Assembly: GCA_013003285.1 (NCBI GenBank)
Contig: JABDJY010000506.1
Location: 1-32,884, forward strand
DNA length: 32,884 nt
Source of the DNA: Alphaproteobacteria bacterium
Lineage (GTDB): Bacteria > Pseudomonadota > Alphaproteobacteria > UBA6615
Direction: 5' to 3'
Part shown: piece by piece, positions 8,302-17,089 of the stretch
How the letters are laid out: each line of letters opens with the position of its first letter
Numbering within the stretch: position 1 is the first letter of the stretch
The notes under the pieces: generated by a model
What the model was told of the DNA's origin: nothing
Database searches by the model: none
What the model saw: the letters and a program-made list of their open reading frames with translations, nothing else
Program-made: the position numbers and the translations under genes

Positions 8302-9465
8302 ATGACCGCCGCTGAATCCGTAGATTTGAACGTCCAGGGCACTTGCGACCCCGCCTTCGCCGCGGTGCGCGAGGCGTTGGAGCGTAATTTCACCGACCAT
8401 GGCGAGATCGGCAGCGCCGTTTGCATCTATCACCAGGGTCAAAAGGTCGTCGATCTCTGGGGCGGCCACATGGATGCCGCGCGCAATAAGCCGTGGCGTG
8501 AAGATACCATGTGCATCTTCTATTCGATCGCCAAGAGCATCTGCGCCCTGTCGGTCCATATGGTGGCCGACCGCGGGCTGGTCGATTTGGACGCGCCGGT
8601 CGCCACCTATTGGCCGGAATTCGCCCAGAACGGCAAGCAGGACGTCCTGGTTCGCCACATCATCTCCCACTATTGCGGCGTCTGTTTCAACGATGCGGCC
8701 GAGCCCGGCGATATCTTCGACTACGACAAGATGATCAAGGTCCTCGAGGCGCAGGAACTCGCCTGGCCGCCGGGCACCAAGGGCGCCTACAACACGGTCA
8801 ATATCGGCTATCTAGCCGGCGAAGTGGTCCGCCGGGTCACCGGCACGCCGATCCGCGATTTCGTGCGCGAGAATATCTGCGAGCCGCTGGGCGCCGATTA
8901 CAAGATCGGCGTCGACGAGGCCGACCTCGGCCGGGTCGCCGATCTATCACCCAATCCCCAGGGCTTCTCCATGGGCGGCAGTGCCGGTCCCGACAGTCCT
9001 CTGATGCGGGCTTGGCGCGCCATGCCCAAACCGATGGATACCGATGTACAAAACACCGCCAAGTTCCGCACCGCCGGCATTCCGTCCTTCGGCGGCTTCG
9101 GCACGGCGCGCGCCATGGCGCGGATCTACGCCGCCCTGGCCAATGGCGGCGAGATCGACGGCGTGCGTCTGCTCTCGCCCGAGGCGTTGGCCCGCGCCAC
9201 CACCGATCAGTGGGAAGACGAGGCCGACGGCACCACCGGCCAGCACATGCGGATGAGCATGGGGTTTTGGAAAAATCCTGCCGAACGCACACTGATGGGA
9301 CCCAATCCGGAAGCCTTCGGCCATTCCGGTTCCGGCGGCGCGCGCGCGCTGGCCGATCCCGACCGCAATCTGGCGCTGGCCTATGTGACCAATCTGCAAA
9401 GCGAAGGGCTGGGCACCGGCGTGCGCACCGAAGCCATCGTCGAAGCCGCCTTCGCGAACTTGTAG
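8302..9465 (+). CDS. Serine hydrolase, beta-lactamase fold (family VIII esterase/EstB-like)
   Basis: SxxK motif (YSIAKSI). Overall class C beta-lactamase/esterase layout. GGGAGAG RBS before ATG 8302. Confidence 0.8.
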   Translation: MTAAESVDLNVQGTCDPAFAAVREALERNFTDHGEIGSAVCIYHQGQKVVDLWGGHMDAARNKPWREDTMCIFYSIAKSICALSVHMVADRGLVDLDAPVATYWPEFAQNGKQDVLVRHIISHYCGVCFNDAAEPGDIFDYDKMIKVLEAQELAWPPGTKGAYNTVNIGYLAGEVVRRVTGTPIRDFVRENICEPLGADYKIGVDEADLGRVADLSPNPQGFSMGGSAGPDSPLMRAWRAMPKPMDTDVQNTAKFRTAGIPSFGGFGTARAMARIYAALANGGEIDGVRLLSPEALARATTDQWEDEADGTTGQHMRMSMGFWKNPAERTLMGPNPEAFGHSGSGGARALADPDRNLALAYVTNLQSEGLGTGVRTEAIVEAAFANL

Positions 9466-9477
9466 GTCACAATAATA

Positions 9478-9610
9478 ACCCTCTCCCATAGGGAGAGGGT
9501 GGCGAGCGAACGCGAGCGGGTGAGGGGTTACAAACGGCGGCGTGTTTCCTGAATCCACCTTACCCCCTCACCCCAACCCCTCTCCCCAAAGGAGAGGGGC
9601 TTTGCGGCAT
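9478..9610. repeat. REPIN-like composite palindromic element (three hairpins), between convergent gene ends
   Basis: ccctctccc-ata-gggagaggg (9479-9499); spacer ggcgagcgaacgcgagcgg; gtgaggggtta (9520-9530) pairing with taccccctcac (9561-9571) around a 30-nt core; cccctctcc-ccaaa-ggagagggg (9577-9599). Near-identical modules recur at 28368-28490 and 26785-26820. Confidence 0.9.
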
Positions 9611-9641
9611 CCCTGCCATTAATCCGTAGCGAAGAGGTTTA

Positions 9642-10499
9642 TTACGGCTCGAAATCGAGGCTGACGTCCCAGTTGGTGACGCTGTGGGTGAGCCAGCCCA
9701 GTGAAATCAGATCGACGCCGCTGGCCGCCACATCGGCGACGGTTTGCGGCGTGATGCCGCCCGAGGCCTCGGTGACCACCCTTCCATCGACCAAAGCAAC
9801 GGCCTCGGCCAGCATCGCCGGCGCCATATTGTCGAGCAGCACCGCATCCACATCGAGGCCGAGCGCCTCTTCCAGCTCGGCCATTGTATCGACCTCGACC
9901 TCCAGCTTGACCATGTGACCGAGGCGCTGGCGTACCCGCTCGATTGCCGGCGCCACGCCACCCGCCATGACCCGGTGATTGTCCTTGATCAGCACCCCGT
10001 CGCCGAGGCCGAAGCGATGATTGACCCCGCCGCCGGCGCGCACGGCGTATTTGTCCAGCAGGCGCAGACCCGGCGCGGTCTTGCGGGTACACACGATCCG
10101 CGCCTTGTGATCGCCGACCGCCACGGTCAAATCGCGGGTCGTGGTGGCGATGCCCGACATGCGGCCCAAAAGGTTCAACGCCGTGCGCTCGCCACTGAGC
10201 AGCACCCGCGCCGCGCCGGAGACCACCGCCAGGGTCGCGCCGGCCTGAACATCCTCGCCGTCGCGGTGGCCATATTCCACACTGATTGCTGGATCGAGGG
10301 CGGTAAACGCCGCCAAGGCCACCTCGAGGCCGGCCACCCGGCCACCGCTACGCGCGACAATGCCGGCGCTGGCCCGCGCATCGGGGGCGACGATGGCATC
10401 GGTGGTGATATCGCCGGCCTCGCCGAAATCCTCGGCCAGCGCGCGTTCGATGATGGGCGCGTAACTAAGCGGATAAAGCGGCGGCGGTGTTTGTGTCAT
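9642..10499 (-). CDS. nadC: Nicotinate-nucleotide pyrophosphorylase (carboxylating), quinolinate phosphoribosyltransferase
   Basis: ...ALAEDFGEAGDITT...RKTAPGLRLLDKYAVRAGGGVNHRFGLGDGVLIKDNH... The start overlaps the nadB 3' end by 35 nt. Confidence 0.95.
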   Translation of the reverse strand: MTQTPPPLYPLSYAPIIERALAEDFGEAGDITTDAIVAPDARASAGIVARSGGRVAGLEVALAAFTALDPAISVEYGHRDGEDVQAGATLAVVSGAARVLLSGERTALNLLGRMSGIATTTRDLTVAVGDHKARIVCTRKTAPGLRLLDKYAVRAGGGVNHRFGLGDGVLIKDNHRVMAGGVAPAIERVRQRLGHMVKLEVEVDTMAELEEALGLDVDAVLLDNMAPAMLAEAVALVDGRVVTEASGGITPQTVADVAASGVDLISLGWLTHSVTNWDVSLDFEP

Positions 10500-12153
10500 C
10501 GCGGTGGCCCTCCTGCGCGCCGGCGCGCTGTTGCAGATCGTCCAGCGTCAGGAACTGTCGCACGCCGGTCGCCGCTTCCGCTTGCGGAAAATCAATCCGG
10601 TAATGGGCGCCACGGCTCTCGCAGCGCTGCGCCGCCGCCAACGTAACCAGACGGCCGGCGAGCGCCAGATTAAGCAGCTCTCCCCAGCGTCGGACATCGG
10701 CGAGTGTCGGTTTTGTATGGCCGGCTGCCCGTTCGATTTCGGAAATCTTTTCGGCTAAATCGCCATGGGCGCTCAGAGCCGCATCCAGCCCGTCGCCATC
10801 GCGGCGCAGTCCGACCTTCTCGTACATCAGCACGCGCAACTGCGCCGTGAGGTCGGCGATTTCGGCCGCGACGTCCGTCGCGGGAACCGCTGGCACCGAT
10901 ATATCGAGATCGCGGGGTGCCGGAACCGATTGAGCGGCAATGTCGTCGGCGACCCGATGGCCAAAGACCATGCCCTCGAGCAGCGAATTGCTGGCCAGAC
11001 GGTTGGCGCCATGCACGCCGGTCGCCGCGACCTCGCCACAGGCCCATAAACCTTCCAGCGAGGTGCGCCCGCAATCATCCGTGGCGACCCCGCCCATATG
11101 GTAGTGCGCCGCCGGCGCTACGGGGATGGGTTCGCGGGCCGGATCGAAACCGGCGGCCTCGCACAGCGCCTTGACCGTAGGGAACCGCGCCGCCGAGTCT
11201 CCGGCCATAATGGCGCGTATATCCAGATAGGCCCCGTCGCCATCGACCAGGCGTTGCCAGATCGCCCGCGCCACCACATCGCGCGGCGCCAGTTCGGCGT
11301 CGGGATGTTCGTCGACCATGAACCGCCGCCCCGCGCCATCGACCAGGGTCGCCCCCTCGCCGCGCAGCGCTTCGGTGAGCAGCGGCATGGAGGCGCCGTC
11401 GGCCGCCTTGGGATCGACCAAAGCTGTGGGGTGAAATTGCACGAATTCCAAATCGGCGAGTTTGACGCCGGCGCGCGCCGCCATGGCCAGACCATCCGCG
11501 GTGCCCTCGGCGGGATTGGTGGTGCGCTGAAATAATTGTCCCGAGCCGCCGGTGGCCAGAACCACAAAGGGCGCCTTGTGCAGGGTCCAGCCGCCCTGTT
11601 CGTGAAACGCCACAACGCCGCAGACGCGGCCGTTTTCCACCACCAGATCCCAGGCGAACGCGGAGGTTTGGACAGTGATCGACGGCGTTTGAGCCACCGC
11701 GTCGGCGAGCCATTTATGCAAATGGCGGCCAGTGGCGTCACCGCCGGCATGGACGATACGCCGACTGCTGTGGGCGGCCTCACGCCCCAGCAGGATTTCC
11801 CCCGCCTGGTCGCGGTCGAACGGCGCGCCCGACGCGATCATCTCACATAAACGCTTGGCGCCATCGCGGGTCAATAAATCGACGGTCGGCGCATCGCTCA
11901 GGCCGGCCCCAGCAACCATCGTGTCGACCGCATGGGATTGCGGCGTGTCTTGCGCCCCCACCGCCGCGGCGATACCGCCTTGCGCCCAGGCGGTCGACCC
12001 GCCGGTCAGGCACGGTGTCTTGGTCAACAACGTCACCTTGCGCGGCGCCAGGCGCAGCGCGGTGACCATGCCGGCCATGCCGGAACCGATCACGATGATG
12101 TCGGCGTCCGCTGCAACGCGTAGGACGGGTCGGAAGGGCCGAATAACGGTCAT
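10465..12153 (-). CDS. nadB: L-aspartate oxidase
   Basis: FAD-binding N-terminus DIIVIGSGMAGM, ...STAWAQGGIAAA..., ...HYHMGGV.TD..GRTSLEGLWACGEVA.TGVHGANRLASNSLLE..., and C-terminal ...ESRGAHYR.DFP. Confidence 0.95.
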   Translation of the reverse strand: MTVIRPFRPVLRVAADADIIVIGSGMAGMVTALRLAPRKVTLLTKTPCLTGGSTAWAQGGIAAAVGAQDTPQSHAVDTMVAGAGLSDAPTVDLLTRDGAKRLCEMIASGAPFDRDQAGEILLGREAAHSSRRIVHAGGDATGRHLHKWLADAVAQTPSITVQTSAFAWDLVVENGRVCGVVAFHEQGGWTLHKAPFVVLATGGSGQLFQRTTNPAEGTADGLAMAARAGVKLADLEFVQFHPTALVDPKAADGASMPLLTEALRGEGATLVDGAGRRFMVDEHPDAELAPRDVVARAIWQRLVDGDGAYLDIRAIMAGDSAARFPTVKALCEAAGFDPAREPIPVAPAAHYHMGGVATDDCGRTSLEGLWACGEVAATGVHGANRLASNSLLEGMVFGHRVADDIAAQSVPAPRDLDISVPAVPATDVAAEIADLTAQLRVLMYEKVGLRRDGDGLDAALSAHGDLAEKISEIERAAGHTKPTLADVRRWGELLNLALAGRLVTLAAAQRCESRGAHYRIDFPQAEAATGVRQFLTLDDLQQRAGAQEGHRDDTNTAAALSA

Positions 12154-12169
12154 GGCAAAATCGGGCTCG

Positions 12170-13174
12170 TTAGCTGTAGGCGAGCATACGCTCCACGGTG
12201 ACGCGGGCCCGCGCGGCGACCTCGGGATCGACTTCGACCCGCGGTTCCATTTTGGTCAACGCATCGAGGATCTTCGGCAGGGTGATCAGCTTCATGTGCG
12301 GGCAGAGGTTACACGGCCGAATGAACTCGACATTGGGATGCTCGACCGCGACGTTGTCGCTCATGGAGCATTCGGTGACCAGCAATACCCGCTCGGGCTG
12401 GGCCTCGCCCACATAGTTGACCATGTTGGCGGTGGAGCCGACGAAATCGGCCTCTTTCAGCACATCCTGCGGGCATTCCGGGTGGGCGACGATGACGATG
12501 TCTTTGAACTGCTTGCGGTAATCGCGCAGCTCGGCGCCGGTAAAGCGCTCATGGACCTCGCAACTGCCTTCCCAATAGATCACTTCCACGTCGGTCTGAC
12601 TGGCGATGTAGCGGGCAAGATATTGATCGGGCAGGCAGATCACCTTGTCGGTGCCCAATGATTCGACGATCTTCACCGCATTGCCCGAGGTGATGCAGAC
12701 ATCGGACTCGGCCTTCACATCGGCCGACGTGTTGACGTAGGTCACCACCGGCACGCCGGGATATTTCTCGCGCAGCAAGCGCACATCGGCAGCGGTGATC
12801 GAAGATGCCAGGGAACAACCGGCCGCCATGTCGGGCATCAGCACGGTTTTCTCCGGGCTCAGCAGTTTCGCCGTCTCGGCCATGAAGTGAACGCCGGCCA
12901 GGACGATGACATCGGCATCGGTTTCCGCCGCCTTGCGCGCCAGCGCCAGGGAATCGCCGACGATATCGGCGACGCCGTGGAAAATCTCCGGCGTCATGTA
13001 ATTATGGGCCAGAATAACCGCGTTGCGCTCGGCCTTGAGCTTGTTGATCGCATCCACATAGGGCGCGTGGACCGGCCACTCGAACTCAGGGATAACCGAC
13101 TTCACCCGCTCGTAGATGGGTTGGGTGGCGGCGGCGACGGCCGGTGTGTATTCCAGCTCTGCTACGTTGCTCAT
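12170..13174 (-). CDS. nadA: Quinolinate synthase
   Basis: ...[31 protein letters not shown]...[30 protein letters not shown]...[12 protein letters not shown]... Three conserved Cys context. Confidence 0.95.
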   Translation of the reverse strand: MSNVAELEYTPAVAAATQPIYERVKSVIPEFEWPVHAPYVDAINKLKAERNAVILAHNYMTPEIFHGVADIVGDSLALARKAAETDADVIVLAGVHFMAETAKLLSPEKTVLMPDMAAGCSLASSITAADVRLLREKYPGVPVVTYVNTSADVKAESDVCITSGNAVKIVESLGTDKVICLPDQYLARYIASQTDVEVIYWEGSCEVHERFTGAELRDYRKQFKDIVIVAHPECPQDVLKEADFVGSTANMVNYVGEAQPERVLLVTECSMSDNVAVEHPNVEFIRPCNLCPHMKLITLPKILDALTKMEPRVEVDPEVAARARVTVERMLAYS

Positions 13175-13202
13175 AGCTGAGTCCTCATGACGTTTGTTTC
13201 AT

Positions 13203-13249
13203 ATATACTCATATTGAGCATATTTATATAATGCTCTCACGGAGCATAT
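13203..13249. promoter_or_regulatory. Two tandem inverted repeats ATRCTC-N5-GAGCAT; candidate NadQ operators in the nadA leader/promoter
   Basis: Site 1 is ATACTC (13205-13210)-atatt-GAGCAT (13216-13221). Site 2 is ATGCTC (13231-13236)-tcacg-GAGCAT (13242-13247). Their centres are 26 bp apart, in the 125-bp AT-rich gap between nadQ and nadA. Confidence 0.6.
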
Positions 13250-13299
13250 CAAGGTGTCAAGGCTAATACCTTAGGGGGACGGGAATTTGGGCGCGGCGA

Positions 13300-14301
13300 T
13301 CAGCCGATGATGCGCGCTGCGGGCAGGCCAACGCCCGATGCGGGGCGTTCGCTCAGCACTTCACGACGGAAGCGGAACAGCTCGGCCGGGCGGCCCCGGC
13401 TCTGACTGTCCCGCTGACCGGTCGGCTCGACCAATCCGCCGTTGATGACCAACCGGCGGAAATTCTGCTTATGCAGCCGCACGCCCCCTAACGCCTCGAC
13501 CACCCGCTGCAACTGCAGCAGGGTAAATGTCGGGGGCAAGAGGTCGAAGACCACCGGGCGGTATTTCAACTTGCCGCGGATGCGGCCCAGCGCCGTGGCG
13601 AGCACCCGGCGATTGTCGAGCGCCATGGGCGTGCCCAGCCGTTCGGCGGTTTCCACGGTTTCGGCATCCGGCTGGGGCGCCGGCTCGCCCGAGATCGCCG
13701 CCCGGATCTGCGCATCGCGGAGCGCTTCGCCGATCATGCCGGCCTCGTAGAGCAGCTCGTAGCGCTCCAGCACCCGTTCGAAATCCCACGGCGCCGCTTC
13801 GGTGCCGAACGCAATGGAGAGCCGTTCCTGATAGTTTTGCCGTTCGTCCTGATCGCTGATCTGCGCGATCCAATTTTGCAGCTGGGGCCGGATCGCCTGA
13901 TCGATGATAGCGGGCCGCCCCTCGCGCCAATCCTCCCAGGGAAAGAAATCGTACCAGTTGCGCCATTCGGCCTCGCCGGCGCCCGATAGCGGCACCTGAC
14001 GTACCAGGGCGAGATAGCCCACCGACACCAGCCGCGGACCGCCGGCCTGCTCGCGCGGGTCGCGGTGGCGGTCGCCGAAGGTGTAAAGCTGCTCCACATA
14101 GCCCAGACTGAGACCGGTCTGTTGCTCGACCCAATTATGCAGGCCAAGTTCCAAAGTGCGATGCTCGGCGGGATCGAAGGGGCCGAAAGGCAGCGCCACC
14201 GGACTGTCGGCCCAGGCCTCCGCCTCGCCGCGCTGCGCCGGGGTCGCCAGCGAATGGGCGGCACGCTGCACGGTGAGGATGCGCGGCACCTCATCGGTCA
14301 C
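13300..14301 (-). CDS. nadQ: NadQ/NrtR-like Nudix-related transcriptional regulator of NAD biosynthesis
   Basis: The C-terminus ...FTLLQLQRVVEALGGVRLHKQNFRRLVINGGLVEPTGQ...RPAELFRF matches the NrtR/NadQ winged-helix signature as I recall it. I saw no canonical Nudix box. It sits directly upstream of nadABC, as described for NadQ (COG4111) in proteobacteria. GTG start. Confidence 0.7.
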   Translation of the reverse strand: MTDEVPRILTVQRAAHSLATPAQRGEAEAWADSPVALPFGPFDPAEHRTLELGLHNWVEQQTGLSLGYVEQLYTFGDRHRDPREQAGGPRLVSVGYLALVRQVPLSGAGEAEWRNWYDFFPWEDWREGRPAIIDQAIRPQLQNWIAQISDQDERQNYQERLSIAFGTEAAPWDFERVLERYELLYEAGMIGEALRDAQIRAAISGEPAPQPDAETVETAERLGTPMALDNRRVLATALGRIRGKLKYRPVVFDLLPPTFTLLQLQRVVEALGGVRLHKQNFRRLVINGGLVEPTGQRDSQSRGRPAELFRFRREVLSERPASGVGLPAARIIG

Positions 14302-14395
14302 CGCGATGATGATCGCGTTGAGGCCGATAACCGCCGATTGCGGGCCTTGCGTATCTTTGGTTGCGGACGCCGTCGTCTTCTCCCTTAGTGCTAAC

Positions 14396-15379
14396 TCAGT
14401 CTCCGTAGCAGCCGGACATGCGCGCGCGCATTTTTACCATGGCCAATACATGATCGATGGTCGGCGTGGCGATATCGGTCAGCCGCGCCAATTCCTGGAC
14501 CGAGCTGACCAGCGCATCGATTTCCATCGGCCGGCCGAGCTCGAGGTCCTGCAGCATGGAAGTCTTATGCTCGCCGACCTCGCGGGCGCCAGCGATGCGT
14601 TTATCAACATCGACGGGAAACTTCACACCGATGGCCTCGCCGACTTCCTGTGCTTCGACCATGATCGCCCGAATGACACTGCAAACGTCGGGATCGTCGA
14701 TCATCTGGGCCAGGGTGCCGCCGGTCAACGCGCTGACCGGATTGAGGCTGACATTACCCCACAGCTTCACCCAGATCTCGTCGCGGATGCGCGAGCGCAC
14801 CGGCGCCCGTAACTCGGCCTTCGCCAAAGCTGCCGCCAAGGCCTGGATACGCTCGGTCTTTTCGCCACTGGGCTCGCCCAGGGTGAAGCGGTTGCCATAT
14901 TCGTGCTCGATCACGCCGGGCGCGACGATGGTGGCGGCAGGATAGACCACACAGCCGATTACCCGCTCCGGCCCGATGAACCGCCATTGCCCGTCGCCGG
15001 GATCGACCGTCGCCAGACGCGTGCCGTCATGGGGCCCGCCATGTTCGTAAAAATACCACCAAGGCACGCCGTTCTGCGCCGTCACCACCGCCGTGTCGGG
15101 TCCCAAAAGCGGCGCCATCTGGTCGGCAACCGCGGCCGCCGAATGGGCTTTCAAAGTGACCACCACATAATCCTGCGGACCGGCCTCGTTGGGGTCGTCG
15201 GTGCAATTGACGGCGACATTTTTCTCCTCGCCGCCGATGCGCAAGGTCAGGCCGTTGGCGCGCATTGCCGCCAAATGCGGTCCACGCGCGATGCAGGTAA
15301 CCTCGGCGGCCTCGTTGAGGGCCAGCTGGGCGGCCATATAGCCGCCAATCGCCCCTGCCCCGTAGATGCAAATCTTCAT
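14396..15379 (-). CDS. PanE/ApbA-family 2-dehydropantoate 2-reductase-like oxidoreductase (possible oxalyl-CoA reductase, PanE2-like)
   Basis: MKICIYGAGAIGGYMAAQLA Rossmann N-terminus and the typical PanE length. It lies 18 nt downstream of the acyl-CoA ligase gene on the same strand. Confidence 0.8.
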   Translation of the reverse strand: MKICIYGAGAIGGYMAAQLALNEAAEVTCIARGPHLAAMRANGLTLRIGGEEKNVAVNCTDDPNEAGPQDYVVVTLKAHSAAAVADQMAPLLGPDTAVVTAQNGVPWWYFYEHGGPHDGTRLATVDPGDGQWRFIGPERVIGCVVYPAATIVAPGVIEHEYGNRFTLGEPSGEKTERIQALAAALAKAELRAPVRSRIRDEIWVKLWGNVSLNPVSALTGGTLAQMIDDPDVCSVIRAIMVEAQEVGEAIGVKFPVDVDKRIAGAREVGEHKTSMLQDLELGRPMEIDALVSSVQELARLTDIATPTIDHVLAMVKMRARMSGCYGD

Positions 15380-15397
15380 GCCAACGACCCGCCCGCG

Positions 15398-16912
15398 CTA
15401 CAGACCAAGCTTTTCGTGCAGACCGATGCGCTGCAGCTTGCCGGTGGCGCCTTTAGGAATTTCGTCGATGAAGAGAATCTTGCGCGGCACCTTAAAATCG
15501 GCGAGCCGTTCGGCGGCGAATTCGCGAACTTCGCTATCTTCCGCCGACGCACCCTCCTTGAGGACGATGGCGGCGCCAACTTCCTCGCCCAGCTTGTCGT
15601 GGGGAATGGCGAAGGTCACCGCCTGGGCGATCGCCGGATGATCGAGTAGCACCTCATCCACCTCGCGCGGCGATATTTTCTCACCGCCCCGGTTGATGAT
15701 CTCTTTCAACCGCCCGGTGATTCTCAGATAGCCCTCCTCGTCCATGATCCCCTGATCGCCGGTGCGGAACCAGCCGTCGGAGAAGCCTTCAGCATTGGCC
15801 GTCGGGTTGTTCTCGTAGCCGCTGGTGACGTTGGGCCCGCGGATGACAATTTCTCCGGTCTCACCGGCCGCCAGGATATTGTTTTCGGTGTCCATGATGG
15901 TCACTTCGGGCCCTGCGGCGATGCCGACCGAGCCGGGCTTGCGCGCCGCCGGCGGCAGCGGGTTCGACGCCATCTGATGGGCCGCTTCCGTCATGCCGTA
16001 GGATTCGATCACTGGGCATCCGAACGTCTCTTCCAGTTCCGCCATGACCTGCGGCGGCAACGACGATGACGAGGAGCGGATGAACCGCAGATCCATCGCC
16101 TCGATGATGTCGGTGTTGCGCGCCGCACGGGACAGGATCGCCTGGTGCATGGTCGGCACCGCCGTGTACCAGCTGGGTTTGGCGTCGGCGAACCAACCAA
16201 AGACCCGCAGCGCATTGAAACCCGGGGTGCAATAGATACTGGCGCCGGCCGCCAGGCTCGACAGCACCGCGGCGATCAGCCCGTGGATATGGAATAGCGG
16301 CATGATGTTCACGCATCGGTCTTCGGCGCTCAGCTTGAGCACCGCACCGATATGGTTCGCCGAGGCGCAAATATTGGCCTGGCTCAGGGGCACGATCTTG
16401 GGCCGCGACGTGGTCCCCGACGTGTGCAACACCAGCCCGACATCCTCGGACCCGGCATAGTCGAGATCACCGGCGCCTGGCTCTCCCGCCGCCGCGAGTG
16501 TGAACGCGCCCGCCGGGCTACCCTCCGCGACTTCCAGTTCGTAGACCGGCACGTCGAGGCTCTGGGCGACTTCGATGGCCGGCGAATCGCTGCCGGCCTC
16601 GACCAGCAGCGCCTTGGCGTTCAGATCCTCAAGATAGAACCGGTACTCATCGGCGCGGTAGGCCGGGTTCAGCGGCGCTGTGGTCGCGCCGGCGGCGACG
16701 GCAACGAAGGCCGCCGCCATTTCAGGGCCGTTGGGCAATACGATGGCGACACGGTCGTTGCGGCCGATGCCCAATCCGCGCAGCGCGCCGACAGTCTCGG
16801 CAACCAGTGCCCGCAGGCCGGCATAGGTCAAAGGGGTACGGTCCGGGGCGGTAATTGCGATATCGTTATCGGCGCCGGCGCTCAGAAGTTCGATGACGGT
16901 TTGTACGGCCAT
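15398..16912 (-). CDS. AMP-dependent acyl-CoA synthetase, AAE3/Pcs60 (oxalate--CoA ligase)-like
   Basis: Motifs LHTSGTTSRPKIVPLSQ, WYTAVPTMHQ, RFIRSSSSSLPP, GPNVTSGYENNP, GWFRTGDQG, RLKEIINRGGEKISPREVD and GKLQR closely resemble the oxalyl-CoA synthetase subfamily as I recall it. Confidence 0.8.
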   Translation of the reverse strand: MAVQTVIELLSAGADNDIAITAPDRTPLTYAGLRALVAETVGALRGLGIGRNDRVAIVLPNGPEMAAAFVAVAAGATTAPLNPAYRADEYRFYLEDLNAKALLVEAGSDSPAIEVAQSLDVPVYELEVAEGSPAGAFTLAAAGEPGAGDLDYAGSEDVGLVLHTSGTTSRPKIVPLSQANICASANHIGAVLKLSAEDRCVNIMPLFHIHGLIAAVLSSLAAGASIYCTPGFNALRVFGWFADAKPSWYTAVPTMHQAILSRAARNTDIIEAMDLRFIRSSSSSLPPQVMAELEETFGCPVIESYGMTEAAHQMASNPLPPAARKPGSVGIAAGPEVTIMDTENNILAAGETGEIVIRGPNVTSGYENNPTANAEGFSDGWFRTGDQGIMDEEGYLRITGRLKEIINRGGEKISPREVDEVLLDHPAIAQAVTFAIPHDKLGEEVGAAIVLKEGASAEDSEVREFAAERLADFKVPRKILFIDEIPKGATGKLQRIGLHEKLGL

Positions 16913-17089
16913 GATCAGATTTCCACAAAAATTAAGGCTGTTGAGGCGAAAGCCAATTGGTTTTGCTACTGGCCCAGCCCCGCGAACCTAGCGCCGGGGG
17001 GCCAATGCCAGCCTACGCCTATTCAATAGGCGAAACGGGCTACTGACTGCAATGGTCAGCGCCTGCGACGAAGTATCGAAATTTGGGTG

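Noticed and set aside
8947-9558. ORFs 8947..9558(-), 28417..28785(+) and 27984..28415(-) share peptide strings such as TPHPLAFARHPLPMGEGY, which could be mistaken for a small conserved gene family
   Set aside because: The shared peptide is just the translation of the palindromic repeat. Outside the repeat these ORFs run antisense to solid genes (esterase, methyltransferase, DUF962) and have Arg/Gly-rich off-frame composition.
10465-10499. 35-nt nadB/nadC overlap considered as a possible frameshift or fusion
   Set aside because: Both proteins have complete, family-typical termini. Short overlaps like this are common in operons, so it is noted only in the feature evidence.
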